A stretch of 64,000 nucleotides of DNA from Clostridia bacterium. Lineage in GTDB: Bacteria > Bacillota > Clostridia > UMGS1883 > UMGS1540. The notes under the pieces were generated by a model. That model had not been told where the DNA came from and did not search any database. It was given only the letters and a program-made list of their open reading frames with translations. Positions 63,765-64,000 of the stretch are shown one piece after another (position 1 is the first letter of the stretch; every line of letters starts with the position of its first letter). The translations under genes and the position numbers were made by a program. The stretch lies in contig JAZNHR010000025.1 of assembly GCA_045577075.1 (NCBI GenBank), positions 65,136 through 129,135 of the forward strand, written 5' to 3'.

Positions 63765-64000
63765 GAAGCCGGTTTTAACACCAAATTTACCGAAGGAACC
63801 TGTAACTGTGGCCGTATCGGCACTGGAAATAGAAGGTGTTCTTTGTATAAACCCGCCCGCCCTTTCCGCTTTGCCGCCGTCTATGGCAAGGCATGCGGAT
63901 TTACAACTTTGCCACATCGGCGGCGTCTATTTACTTGCGGCACCCGAGGTCTATGCGTATTATCAGGAAAAGCTTTCGCCGTTTGGTTTTAAAGTCCTAA
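63765..64000 (+). CDS. hypothetical protein, 5' part; the ORF runs off the window so it is absent from the ORF track
   Basis: The ATG at 63765 follows an AAAGAG RBS-like motif; the open frame MKPVLTPNLPKEPVTVAVSALEIEGV... continues to the window end without a stop. Confidence 0.3.

Overview
This 64 kb window looks like core chromosome from a sporulating anaerobic Firmicute (Clostridia-like). GC is about 50%, genes are tightly packed, operons overlap, and promoters fit a sigma-A consensus. I found no rRNA, tRNA, CRISPR array, transposase, integrase or phage genes. Gene content in order: partial proC; a GlmU-N-terminal-like nucleotidyltransferase; a LysR regulator; a three-gene electron-bifurcating-type [FeFe] hydrogenase cluster (NuoE-like, NuoF-like, HydA); gpmI-tpiA-pgk on the minus strand; recA; a Phe T-box leader followed by pheS-pheT. 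Directly after pheT come three translationally coupled uncharacterised genes: an Xpt/Apt-like phosphoribosyltransferase, an HxxxDG acyltransferase-superfamily protein, and a zinc-ribbon polytopic membrane protein. Then: a CE2-like SGNH esterase, a Gfo/Idh/MocA oxidoreductase and an ABC exporter in one operon; a DnaD-like protein, a DnaI/DnaC-like loader and a small conserved hypothetical; a minus-strand block of a YgjV-like membrane protein, a large U32 protein, DagK-like kinase, prs, trmFO, topA, uvrC, ptsH, rpmF, and an AEC-transporter-purE-purF-purM operon; a polysaccharide deacetylase; an orphan sugar-binding lipoprotein; an uninterrupted pro-sigma-K gene; a coupled mutY plus small MGMT-domain protein; rpoB-rpoC with their own promoter; the L7Ae-like-rpsL-rpsG-fusA-tuf operon; a dCMP deaminase; an amino-acid ABC transporter; tmcAL; two tandem SH3b-NlpC/P60 paralogues; tsaD; and a partial ORF at the 3' edge. 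The supplied ORF track translates GTG and TTG starts as M, and I corrected several starts from RBS spacing. Many long antisense ORFs inside highly expressed genes are judged spurious. The most interesting candidate for an undescribed system is the coupled phosphoribosyltransferase/acyltransferase/membrane trio apparently riding on the T-box-controlled pheST transcript. All calls rest on motif recognition by eye; no database search was possible.
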